Sequence record: PQ898602.1
Direction: 5' to 3' (one strand)
Length of the DNA: 64,000 nt
Shown: one piece after another, positions 55,769 to 63,759 of the stretch
How the letters are laid out: every line of letters begins with the position of its first letter
Position numbering within the stretch: position 1 is the first letter of the stretch
Notes under the pieces: model-generated
Seen by the model: the letters and a program-made list of their open reading frames with translations, nothing else
Told to the model about the DNA's origin: nothing
The model's database searches: none
Position numbers and translations under genes: made by a program

Positions 55769-56353
55769 ATGATCAAACGAACTTTAACTGCTCTCGCACT
55801 AGTTTTTGGTAGTGTTGCATGTGCAGGTGATGGTGATGACATGATGCTTAAAGTGGAGGGAACTCCGCTGGAAGTAGTTCCTCATGTCCAAGCATCTTGG
55901 AAGTGTGAAGATTGCACTCCTGAAGAGAAATATGTTCTGGAACAACTTCAAGAACATACTCGAATTACTGATCGCAATGCTCTTGCAACGATCATGGGTA
56001 ACATCAAACAGGAATCTAAGTTCATTCCTGATATCTGTGAAGGTGGTGCTCGCGTAACGTATGACAACTGCCATATTGGTGGTTATGGTCTGATTCAATG
56101 GACCTCAGTAAATCGTTACGATAATCTTGGTAGGTTCTGTCAGAAGTATGGATGTGACCCTAGTACACTAGAAGGTCAGACTCGTTATATGATTAACGAA
56201 AACGTTTTCCAACGTTATCTTCCAGAGTTCGAGGGAAGTGGTAAGACCATCCATCAGTACATGGTTCCTGCATATTACTGGTTGGGTTGGGGTATCAAAG
56301 GTAATCGCGAAATCTACGCATACGTTTATGCCAACAAACTCAAGTTTGGGTGA
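55769..56353 (+). CDS. Phage tail lysozyme-like (lysozyme_2 family) muramidase with signal peptide
   Basis: ATIMGNIKQES, GYGLIQWT..R. Confidence 0.7.
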   Translation: MIKRTLTALALVFGSVACAGDGDDMMLKVEGTPLEVVPHVQASWKCEDCTPEEKYVLEQLQEHTRITDRNALATIMGNIKQESKFIPDICEGGARVTYDNCHIGGYGLIQWTSVNRYDNLGRFCQKYGCDPSTLEGQTRYMINENVFQRYLPEFEGSGKTIHQYMVPAYYWLGWGIKGNREIYAYVYANKLKFG

Positions 56354-56370
56354 TTATACACCAGGGGGTC

Positions 56371-56400
56371 TTGACGTGACCCCCACCAATATACTAAGAT
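56371..56400 (+). promoter_or_regulatory. Sigma70-type promoter in hairpin loop upstream of tRNA array
   Basis: ggggtc-TTGACG-t-gacccc; TAAGAT at 56395-56400 (N18). Confidence 0.5.
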
Positions 56401-56527
56401 TGATTAGTGAATTGGAAGGTTCTTACCAACTCCTCAAGTATATGGGGTTTTCTGAAGACCAAGAGACCATTGACAAACTCAAAAGTAAGTACTATACTAT
56501 GTACTTCAAGGAAAAGAAAAAGGTCGA

Positions 56528-56599
56528 GGGTCATTAGTTAAGTGGATATAACCTCCGCCTTCTAAGCGGATGTCCCAGGTTCGAGTCCTGGATGACCTG
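56528..56599 (+). tRNA. tRNA-Arg(TCT)
   Basis: GGGTCAT/ATGACCT acceptor, loop CTTCTAA, GGTTCGAGTCC. Confidence 0.93.
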
Positions 56600-56604
56600 C
56601 CTAA

Positions 56605-56676
56605 TCCTCTTTAGCTCAGCGGTAGAGCGAACGACTGTTAATCGTTTGGTCCCTGGTTCGATCCCAGGAAGGGGAG
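56605..56676 (+). tRNA. tRNA-Asn(GTT)
   Basis: TCCTCTT acceptor, loop CTGTTAA, GGTTCGATCC. Confidence 0.95.
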
Positions 56677-56796
56677 TAGCGGACTTGGCATACGTCCGTA
56701 CTCACGTCTCCGAGAGAAAAAAGAATCGGAAATCCAACCCATGTGAGTGAGAGGTGGGATCCCTCTTGGTGCTACCGTTGCTGACGAGTGGCGGTT
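56676..56796 (+). ncRNA. Unidentified structured RNA between tRNA-Asn and tRNA-Leu
   Basis: Five to six helices visible by eye in 120 nt with no ORF role. Confidence 0.55.
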
Positions 56797-56803
56797 ATTA
56801 TTA

Positions 56804-56885
56804 GTCGATGTGGCGGAATTGGTAGACGCGCTGGTTTTAGGTACCAGTTCTTTCGAGAGTGAAGGTTCAAGTCCTTTCATCGACA
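56804..56885 (+). tRNA. tRNA-Leu(TAG)
   Basis: GTCGATG acceptor, GGTAGAC D-loop, loop TTTAGGT, long variable arm. Confidence 0.93.
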
Positions 56886-56886
56886 C

Positions 56887-56915
56887 TTGACAATCATATT
56901 TTTCTCTGGTATGGT
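56887..56915 (+). promoter_or_regulatory. Sigma70-type promoter inside tRNA array
   Basis: TTGACA-N17-TATGGT. Confidence 0.6.
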
Positions 56916-56923
56916 TGTCTTAT

Positions 56924-56998
56924 GCGGGTTTAGTTCAGTGGTAGAACGTCAGCCTTCCAAGCTGAATGTCATCGGTTCAAATCCGATAATCCGCTCCA
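56924..56998 (+). tRNA. tRNA-Gly(TCC)
   Basis: GCGGGTT acceptor, loop CTTCCAA, encoded CCA. Confidence 0.93.
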
Positions 56999-57070
56999 GC
57001 TTGAATAGCTCAGCGGTAGAGCATCTCCTTTACACGGAGGCGGTCGGGGGTTCGATCCCCTCTTCAAGCA
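56999..57070 (+). tRNA. tRNA-Val(TAC)
   Basis: GCTTGAA/TTCAAGC acceptor, loop TTTACAC. Confidence 0.93.
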
Positions 57071-57103
57071 TATATAAAGTCCAAACAAAAAGAAGATTCA
57101 TTA

Positions 57104-57310
57104 ATGTGGAGAATCTGGTGTTATGCACTCGGACAAAAAGAAGGCAGATCCAAACGAGATGCGGACAATATTGCTATCATACGTACTATTATACTCCTTT
57201 CTTATTTGGTTACTAATTTTTTTATTACTGCAGGAGTAATCAGACATTGGAATGCAAATACTTGTAAGGAATATTTGAATGGACAAAATCCCATATCTCA
57301 GGAAAGATAA
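57104..57310 (+). CDS. Small membrane hypothetical protein
   Basis: MWRIWCYALG.K.G...AD.IA.IRT. Confidence 0.7.
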   Translation: MWRIWCYALGQKEGRSKRDADNIAIIRTIILLSYLVTNFFITAGVIRHWNANTCKEYLNGQNPISQER

Positions 57311-57869
57311 TTTTTATACAAACTCAGAACTCTCTCTGATTATGAGAGAACTGAACTATCTTACTTCGCATAATATTATTCTAAGTGATGATGCGGAAGA
57401 ATCTGGTGCTTTCAGTGCAGATATGACAAGTAAGAAAGCAATGTGGTTTAATGAAGTTTATAAACAACAAAGATTTTCTCCTACATGGAGATTGACAGAT
57501 AAAGTCCTACAGGGACCTACCCATGAGTTCTTTGAATTAAGTCCAATGAATAGAAATATTCTGGACACGAATGAGTATAGTCTTTTATTGTCTTACTATG
57601 AAAATGATGGATTTTATAGAAGACATTGTGATTCTTGTCATTACACTGGATTGATTTGGTTCTGCAATCAACCACAAAAATTTACTGGAGGTGACTTAAA
57701 ATTTCATGATTCTAATGAAATTGTTAAGTTTGACAACAACACATTAATTTTATTTCCTAGTTGGGCTGATCACGAAGTAATCCCCGTAAAACTAGATGCC
57801 CAGTATGAAAATAAACAAATGGGGAGATATTGTTTATCTATTTTCTTTAACATCGTACACCCAAATTAA
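57279..57869 (+). CDS. 2OG-Fe(II) oxygenase
   Basis: HCD, F.GGDL.F, FPSW..HEV, RY. Confidence 0.85.
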   Translation: MDKIPYLRKDNFYTNSELSLIMRELNYLTSHNIILSDDAEESGAFSADMTSKKAMWFNEVYKQQRFSPTWRLTDKVLQGPTHEFFELSPMNRNILDTNEYSLLLSYYENDGFYRRHCDSCHYTGLIWFCNQPQKFTGGDLKFHDSNEIVKFDNNTLILFPSWADHEVIPVKLDAQYENKQMGRYCLSIFFNIVHPN

Positions 57870-57961
57870 TAATTTTTTAATGAATGTTACGAGATGAACA
57901 TATTAGATTGACAACTAAGTGCTTGTAACTATTATATAGCCATGTACAACTCAATAATCAC

Positions 57962-58132
57962 ATGGACAAACACACCTATAATAATTGGGTGAAAGTTAAG
58001 GAAACCTTCGAGGCTTCTGGAAACACTAATAACATGTTTTATCAAAGGGCATGTGCCATAGTTGGAACTGGTAAAGATCCATTATCAAAATTTCTAGGAG
58101 ACAAGGAGGAACCCCATGATGAGTCCGTATGA
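57962..58132 (+). CDS. 56-aa conserved cyanophage hypothetical protein
   Basis: MDKHTYNNWVKVKETFEASGNT..MFY.RAC; TTGACA upstream near 57910. Confidence 0.7.
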   Translation: MDKHTYNNWVKVKETFEASGNTNNMFYQRACAIVGTGKDPLSKFLGDKEEPHDESV

Positions 58133-58319
58133 TGATGAGTCAGTTTCACGTACAGAAGTACAGGAGATGATTGATGCAGCAATTCGTCAACACAACCGCA
58201 ATGCTTCTATCATCAGTATGTGTGTCGGGTGGGTTGTTTTGGCTCTCTTCGCTGAGGGTCTTTTGAGGTTGATAGGTGTAATTCCGCCAATCTTCCCATG
58301 GCTGAACATTCACTTGTAG
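58116..58319 (+). CDS. Small single-TM hypothetical protein
   Basis: AIRQHNRNASIISM..GW..LALFAEGLLRL. Confidence 0.7.
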   Translation: MMSPYDDESVSRTEVQEMIDAAIRQHNRNASIISMCVGWVVLALFAEGLLRLIGVIPPIFPWLNIHL

Positions 58320-58483
58320 ACTGGATTTGGGTGGTTGTCATCGGATTATTCGGTGCAACCATGATTATTCAGGGGCATTTTATCTATCATGGTAAACATG
58401 GTTATTCCAGAAAAGACTATGATGACCAACAAAAAAAAGATCATGTTCGTAAACAAGTAGAAAGAGTTATCAAAGGTAAATGA
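58298..58483 (+). CDS. Small single-TM hypothetical protein
   Basis: TM then HGKHGY. Confidence 0.55.
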   Translation: MAEHSLVDWIWVVVIGLFGATMIIQGHFIYHGKHGYSRKDYDDQQKKDHVRKQVERVIKGK

Positions 58484-58629
58484 ACGAGGATCAAAAAAGA
58501 GAATTTTACAAATCACTCAGAGAAAGAGTTCATCAACTTAGAATGGGACATTTATTTGAAGAACCATGCCCACTCTATGAACCAGAGTGGGATTCAGATT
58601 GTCGTATGACTTACGATGATCATGAGTAA
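58480..58629 (+). CDS. 49-aa hypothetical protein
   Basis: ATGA-type coupling; HLFEEPCPLYEPEW. Confidence 0.6.
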   Translation: MNEDQKREFYKSLRERVHQLRMGHLFEEPCPLYEPEWDSDCRMTYDDHE

Positions 58630-58747
58630 TTCTGAAGCAATAGAACTGATTAATGCCATGGCTCAGATGCTATACATGATGGTTGCTTGGTTGTCTGGAA
58701 TATATCTTGGTTACATGATAGGTTTTAGAAACGGGAGTGGATCATGA
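58622..58747 (+). CDS. 41-aa single-TM peptide
   Basis: Chain of overlapping starts and stops. Confidence 0.5.
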   Translation: MSNSEAIELINAMAQMLYMMVAWLSGIYLGYMIGFRNGSGS

Positions 58748-58848
58748 AAGGAAACACAACTCTAGTATTGTATTCTGCGATAATTTTTGGTATAATTGCT
58801 TTGTTTGTTGTATGGGGCGTAACCCATGCATATTCACCACTATATTGA
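58744..58848 (+). CDS. 34-aa single-TM peptide
   Basis: ATGA coupling; FVVWGVTHAY. Confidence 0.55.
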   Translation: MKGNTTLVLYSAIIFGIIALFVVWGVTHAYSPLY

Positions 58849-58851
58849 ACA

Positions 58852-59496
58852 ATGAAGATCTTTATTGACACCGCACAGACCTCTGAAATCCATAGTGCAT
58901 TTCAGACTGGTCTAGTTGATGGTGTTACAACAAATCCATCTCTCATCATGAAGAGTGGTCGCGATCCTGAGGATGTGTATCAAGAACTGATTGAAGCAGG
59001 TATTCCTGATATCAGTATGGAGGTTGTCGGTACTGTTGGTGAGATGTATAATGAAGGTATCCGTCTAGCTGAAAAGTTTGGAGACCAAGCCACTATCAAG
59101 TTGCCTTGCACTCCTGATGGTTTGCAGGTTTGTCGTCATCTGACCGCAAAAGATATTCGTACTAATGTTACCCTTATCTTCTCTGCTTCTCAGGCTGTAC
59201 TTGCTGCAAAAGCTGGTGCAACTTACATTTCACCTTTTGTTGGTCGTCTTACCGATAATGGTTTTGATGGTCTTGAATTGATTCGTACTATCTACGAAAT
59301 CTATAAGAAGGACGGATGTCCTACCGAGATTCTTGCTGCATCTGTACGTAGTCCAGAAGTTGTTGCCCTTTGTTATCGTGAAGGTGCAGACATTTGTACT
59401 ATTCCCCCAGGTGTTTTCAACAAGATGTATGAAAGTGTCCTGACCCGTGAAGGACTTGCTATTTTCCAAAAAGACTGGGATTCTATCCAGAAGTGA
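58852..59496 (+). CDS. talC: Transaldolase (TalC family)
   Basis: MKIFIDTA, DGVTTNPSL, IKLP, NVTLIFS, SPFVGRL. Confidence 0.96.
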   Translation: MKIFIDTAQTSEIHSAFQTGLVDGVTTNPSLIMKSGRDPEDVYQELIEAGIPDISMEVVGTVGEMYNEGIRLAEKFGDQATIKLPCTPDGLQVCRHLTAKDIRTNVTLIFSASQAVLAAKAGATYISPFVGRLTDNGFDGLELIRTIYEIYKKDGCPTEILAASVRSPEVVALCYREGADICTIPPGVFNKMYESVLTREGLAIFQKDWDSIQK

Positions 59497-59505
59497 TGAC
59501 AACTT

Positions 59506-60183
59506 ATGAAAAAAACTATTCTTGCTATGATTGCAGCAGTTTCTCTGGGAACTCCTGTATTTGCTGATCCAATCACCAAAGATGAGTTCTTCACCCCTCA
59601 TGCTCAGGGGTGCATGTTGCTCCAAGAATGTACCGATCATGTTCAAGAACTTAAAACAGTTTCTGATCTCAACAAAAACGAGGAACTGGCTGATGTTGAT
59701 TACAGTATTGTTGCTGATGAGTTTAACTCTCTCGTCCGATCACTTAATAAGGTCGGAGCTAAAGTTTTTCTAGCAGATATGCGATACTTCCCAATCGGTC
59801 ATCGTGGTGTTTATCATACCGTAGGTAACAACTTCTTCTTGAATGTTGCCCATATGCATCGTCCTGGAGTGATGATGTCGGTAATGCGTCACGAAGGATG
59901 GCACGCTGCTCAAGATTGTATGGCAGGAACAATCAATAATAATTTCATTGCTATTATTCACAATCAAGAAGAAGTTCCTAAGATGTATCAAGCAATCGCA
60001 AAGAGTGCTTATGCATCGCAACCACACGCTATTCCCTGGGAGAAAGAGGCATACTGGGCAGGTCACACTGAGGGTATGACTCAGGCGGCACTTGAGTCAT
60101 GTGCTGCTGGTACCATGTGGACTGATTATGAACCAACACCTATGACACGCGAATGGCTTGAAGAAAACGGATACATTAAATAA
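59506..60183 (+). CDS. Exported protein with HExxH zinc-metallopeptidase-like motif
   Basis: Signal peptide; RHEGWHAAQDC; EKEA. Confidence 0.65.
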   Translation: MKKTILAMIAAVSLGTPVFADPITKDEFFTPHAQGCMLLQECTDHVQELKTVSDLNKNEELADVDYSIVADEFNSLVRSLNKVGAKVFLADMRYFPIGHRGVYHTVGNNFFLNVAHMHRPGVMMSVMRHEGWHAAQDCMAGTINNNFIAIIHNQEEVPKMYQAIAKSAYASQPHAIPWEKEAYWAGHTEGMTQAALESCAAGTMWTDYEPTPMTREWLEENGYIK

Positions 60184-60203
60184 GACAGACGAGGAAAGAA
60201 ACC

Positions 60204-60380
60204 ATGTCACAATTCTGCTTCACCGATCTCTCTGATGAACAACGCCGATTGTTAATCGACGCAGTATGGATGAGACAAAGATCCTATATTGCTGGAGATC
60301 GAATGTTCAGAGAGTATGGGAAGATGTTAGATGATTTGAGAATTGGTTTTGAAGATTACGTTCCATGTCAATACAGATGA
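60204..60380 (+). CDS. 58-aa hypothetical protein
   Basis: gagga RBS; ATGA coupling to zwf. Confidence 0.6.
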   Translation: MSQFCFTDLSDEQRRLLIDAVWMRQRSYIAGDRMFREYGKMLDDLRIGFEDYVPCQYR

Positions 60381-61714
60381 AAGCTATTGTAATTTTCGGT
60401 GCAACAGGAGATCTCTGTAAGAGAAAACTTATCCCTGCACTTCATGAATTGTTCCAAAGAAACCTACTTCCAGAAAACTTTCTAATTGTAGGATCTTCTC
60501 GGAGAGACCCAGGTACCAAGTCCTGGACTGATAGCCTCGGGGATTACCCCGAGGATTTTTTGCAAATGATGGACTATGTGTCCACTGATCTGGACAACCC
60601 AGAATCACTACATCATCTGGATTATCTAAAGGAGTACGATACAACTTACTTCCTTTCAGTTCCACCAGAGAGGTATGCAAATGCAATTGTCAACCTTAAA
60701 GCATCGGGTGCTCTCGATGATCCCGAAAGGTCCAGATTGGTTATCGAAAAACCCTTTGGGCACGATTATAAATCTGCTGATAATCTACAGTCAGTGGTGG
60801 GCAGACATTTACGCGAGAAACAAGTATATCGCATTGACCATTATCTTGGTAAAGATACTGTCAATAACATCCTTGCTACTCGTTTCAGTAATATTCTTCT
60901 TGAACCACTTTGGAATCGTCAGTACATAGAAGAAGTTCAAGTCTTTGCAACTGAAACTATCGGTTGTGAAGGTCGTGCTCAATACTACGAAACTTCTGGT
61001 GCAGTGAGGGACATGTTGCAGAATCATCTGCTTCAAGTCCTTGCGTTGATTGCAATGGAACCTCCTTGTAAGAACGATGCAAAGGAGATTCGCAGAGAGA
61101 AAACTAAAGTTCTTGCTGCGACCAGACTTGGTGATGAAATGGTCCTTGGTCAATATCAATCGTATAGAGACGAGGATGGTGTTGACGAGAATAGTACCAC
61201 TCCAACATTTGTTGCTGGTAATCTATTCATTGACAACTGGAGATGGGAGGGTGTTCCTTTCCACTTCATGACTGGTAAGAAAATGCCAGTATCTTGTGTT
61301 GAGGTTGTGGTTAAATTTAAGTCACCACCGCAAACACTATTTGAAGGTCATGAGTGTAATGACAGAATCGTAATGCGATTCCAACCTGATCCTCACTTGG
61401 ATATGAGAATCGATATCAAGTCTCCTGGACTTGACGATAGAGTTGAACCTGCAACACTGCAGTATCACTATCCAAAAGATAGAGCTGTAGATGGTTATGT
61501 TCGACTTCTGAATGATGCAATTACTGGTGATCAATCACACTTCGTTCATTCTGATGAAGTGTTAGAATCTTGGAGAATTGTTGATGATCTCCTTTGTACT
61601 GGAGATCAATGTCGTATCAGAACCAAACCTTATATCTATCATGATGGACTATGGGGACCTTGGTACAAACTAGACCAAATCACTAACTGGGACTTTCCAC
61701 TGAGGTTAAATTAG
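60377..61714 (+). CDS. zwf: Glucose-6-phosphate dehydrogenase
   Basis: IFGATGDL, IEKPFG, RIDHYLGK, RDMLQNHL. Confidence 0.97.
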   Translation: MKAIVIFGATGDLCKRKLIPALHELFQRNLLPENFLIVGSSRRDPGTKSWTDSLGDYPEDFLQMMDYVSTDLDNPESLHHLDYLKEYDTTYFLSVPPERYANAIVNLKASGALDDPERSRLVIEKPFGHDYKSADNLQSVVGRHLREKQVYRIDHYLGKDTVNNILATRFSNILLEPLWNRQYIEEVQVFATETIGCEGRAQYYETSGAVRDMLQNHLLQVLALIAMEPPCKNDAKEIRREKTKVLAATRLGDEMVLGQYQSYRDEDGVDENSTTPTFVAGNLFIDNWRWEGVPFHFMTGKKMPVSCVEVVVKFKSPPQTLFEGHECNDRIVMRFQPDPHLDMRIDIKSPGLDDRVEPATLQYHYPKDRAVDGYVRLLNDAITGDQSHFVHSDEVLESWRIVDDLLCTGDQCRIRTKPYIYHDGLWGPWYKLDQITNWDFPLRLN

Positions 61715-61717
61715 GAA

Positions 61718-61801
61718 ATGGAAACATTATTTGTATTTCTTTTCATTACCTTGCTAACTACTAGTATGCATCTAACATGGCCAGGTAGATACCGAGGGTA
61801 A
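61718..61801 (+). CDS. 27-aa TM peptide ending MHLTWPGRYRG
   Basis: agga RBS; fills gap. Confidence 0.55.
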   Translation: METLFVFLFITLLTTSMHLTWPGRYRG

Positions 61802-61802
61802 C

Positions 61803-62039
61803 ATGAAAAAACAATCCGAGGAAGAACGCAAAAAGAAAATAGAGGAGATTGCTAGACACATGCATCCGCATGATGACGAACCTGATCCTACTGCATATAT
61901 GGGGAACTATAACTTTCCTCAGATGCTTTTTGCTTTCTGCCTTGGATTTGTGACTATGTTTGTCTTATCAGTAAATGAGATAAACAATTTCAAAGGATGT
62001 CCTTTACCAGAATATTTTATCAACGAAGGAAAACAATGA
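61803..62039 (+). CDS. Small membrane hypothetical protein
   Basis: HPHDDEPDP..YMG.YNFPQMLFAFCLG. Confidence 0.7.
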   Translation: MKKQSEEERKKKIEEIARHMHPHDDEPDPTAYMGNYNFPQMLFAFCLGFVTMFVLSVNEINNFKGCPLPEYFINEGKQ

Positions 62040-63079
62040 AAGTAGGACTAATCGGACTCGGACGGATGGGCGAAGGAATGTCCCGTCGAATGATGGACCG
62101 AGGAAACATCGAAGTTTATGGTTACAGACGAAACTATGACAAGGCACAAGAAGCAGCAAAGAGTGGGTATATTACTGCAGCTGCAGATTCTCTGGAAAGC
62201 CTTGTTCAAGTAGTCAAAGACGGCGGATCTGCGGGTCAAGTACCTGGAATCTTCCAACTTGTTATCCCCGCAGAACTCGTACAGGAGACTATCAATGAGT
62301 TATTACCATTACTTAGTGATGGAGATATTGTTATTGATCATGGCAATTCCAATTTTAAGGACTCGCGCCGCAGAGCAGAGTCCCTGGAGAAATTGGGCAT
62401 CCAATATATTGATTGTGGTACTAGTGGTGGTGTCTACGGCTTGGAGCGTGGATACTGTCTTATGGTTGGAGGCAGAGATCAAGCAGTCGGCGTATGCCGC
62501 CCTCTATTCGACGCCCTCGCACCAGGCATCAGTGCTGCCCCACGAACAAGTGACAGAGACAACTTCACTTGGTACCCAGAAGAATTTGGATGGATTCATG
62601 CAGGCGCCCCAGGTGCAGGTCACTTCGTGAAGATGGTTCACAATGGAATCGAATACGGAATTATGCAAGCATACGCCGAAGGATTTAATATCCTGCATGA
62701 GGCTAATGCTGGGTCGAAGTACGTTAAAGAGGGTGATGCAGAAGTCGCTCCAATGGATTGCCCAGAAGACTATTGTTATGACATTAACGTTGCTAAAGTG
62801 GCTGAGTGTTGGCGCCGCGGTAGTGTTGTTGGTTCTTGGTTACTTGACCTTACTGCGGATGTATTACGCCGCGACCGAGAGCTTGATGCTTTCGCTGGGG
62901 GTGTCTCCGATTCTGGCGAGGGACGTTGGACTGTTCACGCTGCTGTGGACCTTGGGGTACCCTCTCCTGTCATCAGTAGTGCATTGTGGTCGCGTTTTGA
63001 GTCGCGCCGTCTTGGTGCTTTCGCAGCCAAGGTTCTAAATGGTATGCGTGCTATGTTTGGAGGACATGATGTCCGATAG
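62036..63079 (+). CDS. gnd: 6-phosphogluconate dehydrogenase (short Gnd family)
   Basis: GLIGLGRMG, IDHGNS, DCGTSGG, KMVHNGIEYG. Confidence 0.96.
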   Translation: MKVGLIGLGRMGEGMSRRMMDRGNIEVYGYRRNYDKAQEAAKSGYITAAADSLESLVQVVKDGGSAGQVPGIFQLVIPAELVQETINELLPLLSDGDIVIDHGNSNFKDSRRRAESLEKLGIQYIDCGTSGGVYGLERGYCLMVGGRDQAVGVCRPLFDALAPGISAAPRTSDRDNFTWYPEEFGWIHAGAPGAGHFVKMVHNGIEYGIMQAYAEGFNILHEANAGSKYVKEGDAEVAPMDCPEDYCYDINVAKVAECWRRGSVVGSWLLDLTADVLRRDRELDAFAGGVSDSGEGRWTVHAAVDLGVPSPVISSALWSRFESRRLGAFAAKVLNGMRAMFGGHDVR

Positions 63080-63158
63080 CACTCATTGGATCTGCACAAA
63101 GTGTGGAGGCAAAGGATGTGAACATTGTAATGAAACAGGATGGGAACCTAAAAAATGA
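63069..63158 (+). CDS. 29-aa CxxCxGxG zinc-ribbon micro-protein
   Basis: CTKCGGKGCEHCNETG; coupled to both neighbours. Confidence 0.55.
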   Translation: MSDSTHWICTKCGGKGCEHCNETGWEPKK

Positions 63159-63628
63159 GTATTTGCATTGGAATGAATACGTTGTTAGCAACTGCTGCAA
63201 CAATGATTGTTGGTGAAGTGACTCCCGAATCAGTTAGAACTTACGTTTCACTTAACGCTGATCCTTGGGACAATAATGCACAAATAGACTTTGAGGAACC
63301 AATGGGTTCTTTTGGTCTTGAATATGATATTCATACAAATGTCAGATTGTTTGCAGAGCATCTTTCGTCACCGATGCAATGTAATGATCACCCAGGAGTA
63401 AATCATGCTGGAGTTAAACTTCTCGCACCAATCAATGACTTTACTCTTTACTCTGGGATCAGCATTAACAATTCTGATTTTGATAGTAATGATCGGTTTG
63501 AAGGACCACTGGTATCGTTAGGTGTGGAATATGGTGATGATTTTAAAGTCTATGCCGAACATCTTGCCAGTGTAAAATCAATTGAAGATGGTAGAACATC
63601 TTTCGGATTCAAGGTATTTTTCAAATGA
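63155..63628 (+). CDS. Putative small outer-membrane beta-barrel protein
   Basis: Alternating beta pattern, internal repeat G.EY....V.L.AEHL.S, aromatic C-terminus GFKVFFK. Confidence 0.5.
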   Translation: MSICIGMNTLLATAATMIVGEVTPESVRTYVSLNADPWDNNAQIDFEEPMGSFGLEYDIHTNVRLFAEHLSSPMQCNDHPGVNHAGVKLLAPINDFTLYSGISINNSDFDSNDRFEGPLVSLGVEYGDDFKVYAEHLASVKSIEDGRTSFGFKVFFK

Positions 63629-63759
63629 TTCTAGCAAACGTTCTTTTATATGCATGTGTTCCATTTTGTCTAGTGACATTATTCTTTGGAACTAAAGGTG
63701 GTTACTATGATACTGATAAGTATGATGGTGATGGTACTGCACATAAGGTATTAAAATGA
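63625..63759 (+). CDS. ndhP: NDH-1L small subunit NdhP homolog (44 aa)
   Basis: Single TM then FFGTKGGYYDTDKYDGDGTAH, matching the NdhP tail FFG..GFYDTD.Y.G.G.AH. Confidence 0.85.
   Translation: MILANVLLYACVPFCLVTLFFGTKGGYYDTDKYDGDGTAHKVLK

Noticed and set aside
56725-56796. Hammerhead ribozyme (GAAA, GGAUC and CUGACGA motifs present)
   Set aside because: Stem I (cctc vs gttg) does not pair and the base before GAAA is G rather than the C needed for stem II; the CUGACGA is better explained as a hairpin loop
56676-56796. Assignment to manA or wcaG RNA motifs
   Set aside because: The context (next to tRNAs) fits manA, but I could not match the conserved sequence blocks as I recall them; needs cmscan
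57880-57945. Pho box or RpaB (HLR1) site upstream of the micro-ORF cluster
   Set aside because: tgttac...gaaca arms are too degenerate and lack the required direct-repeat spacing
219-62698. Numerous antisense ORFs in the track (for example 219-812, 2331-2996, 15697-16377, 27881-28393)
   Set aside because: Shadow ORFs opposite well-supported genes, with no RBS or recognisable motifs
58852-63079. cp12, psbA, hli or other photosystem genes near talC/zwf/gnd
   Set aside because: No CP12 AWDxVEEL motif or photosystem sequence found in this window
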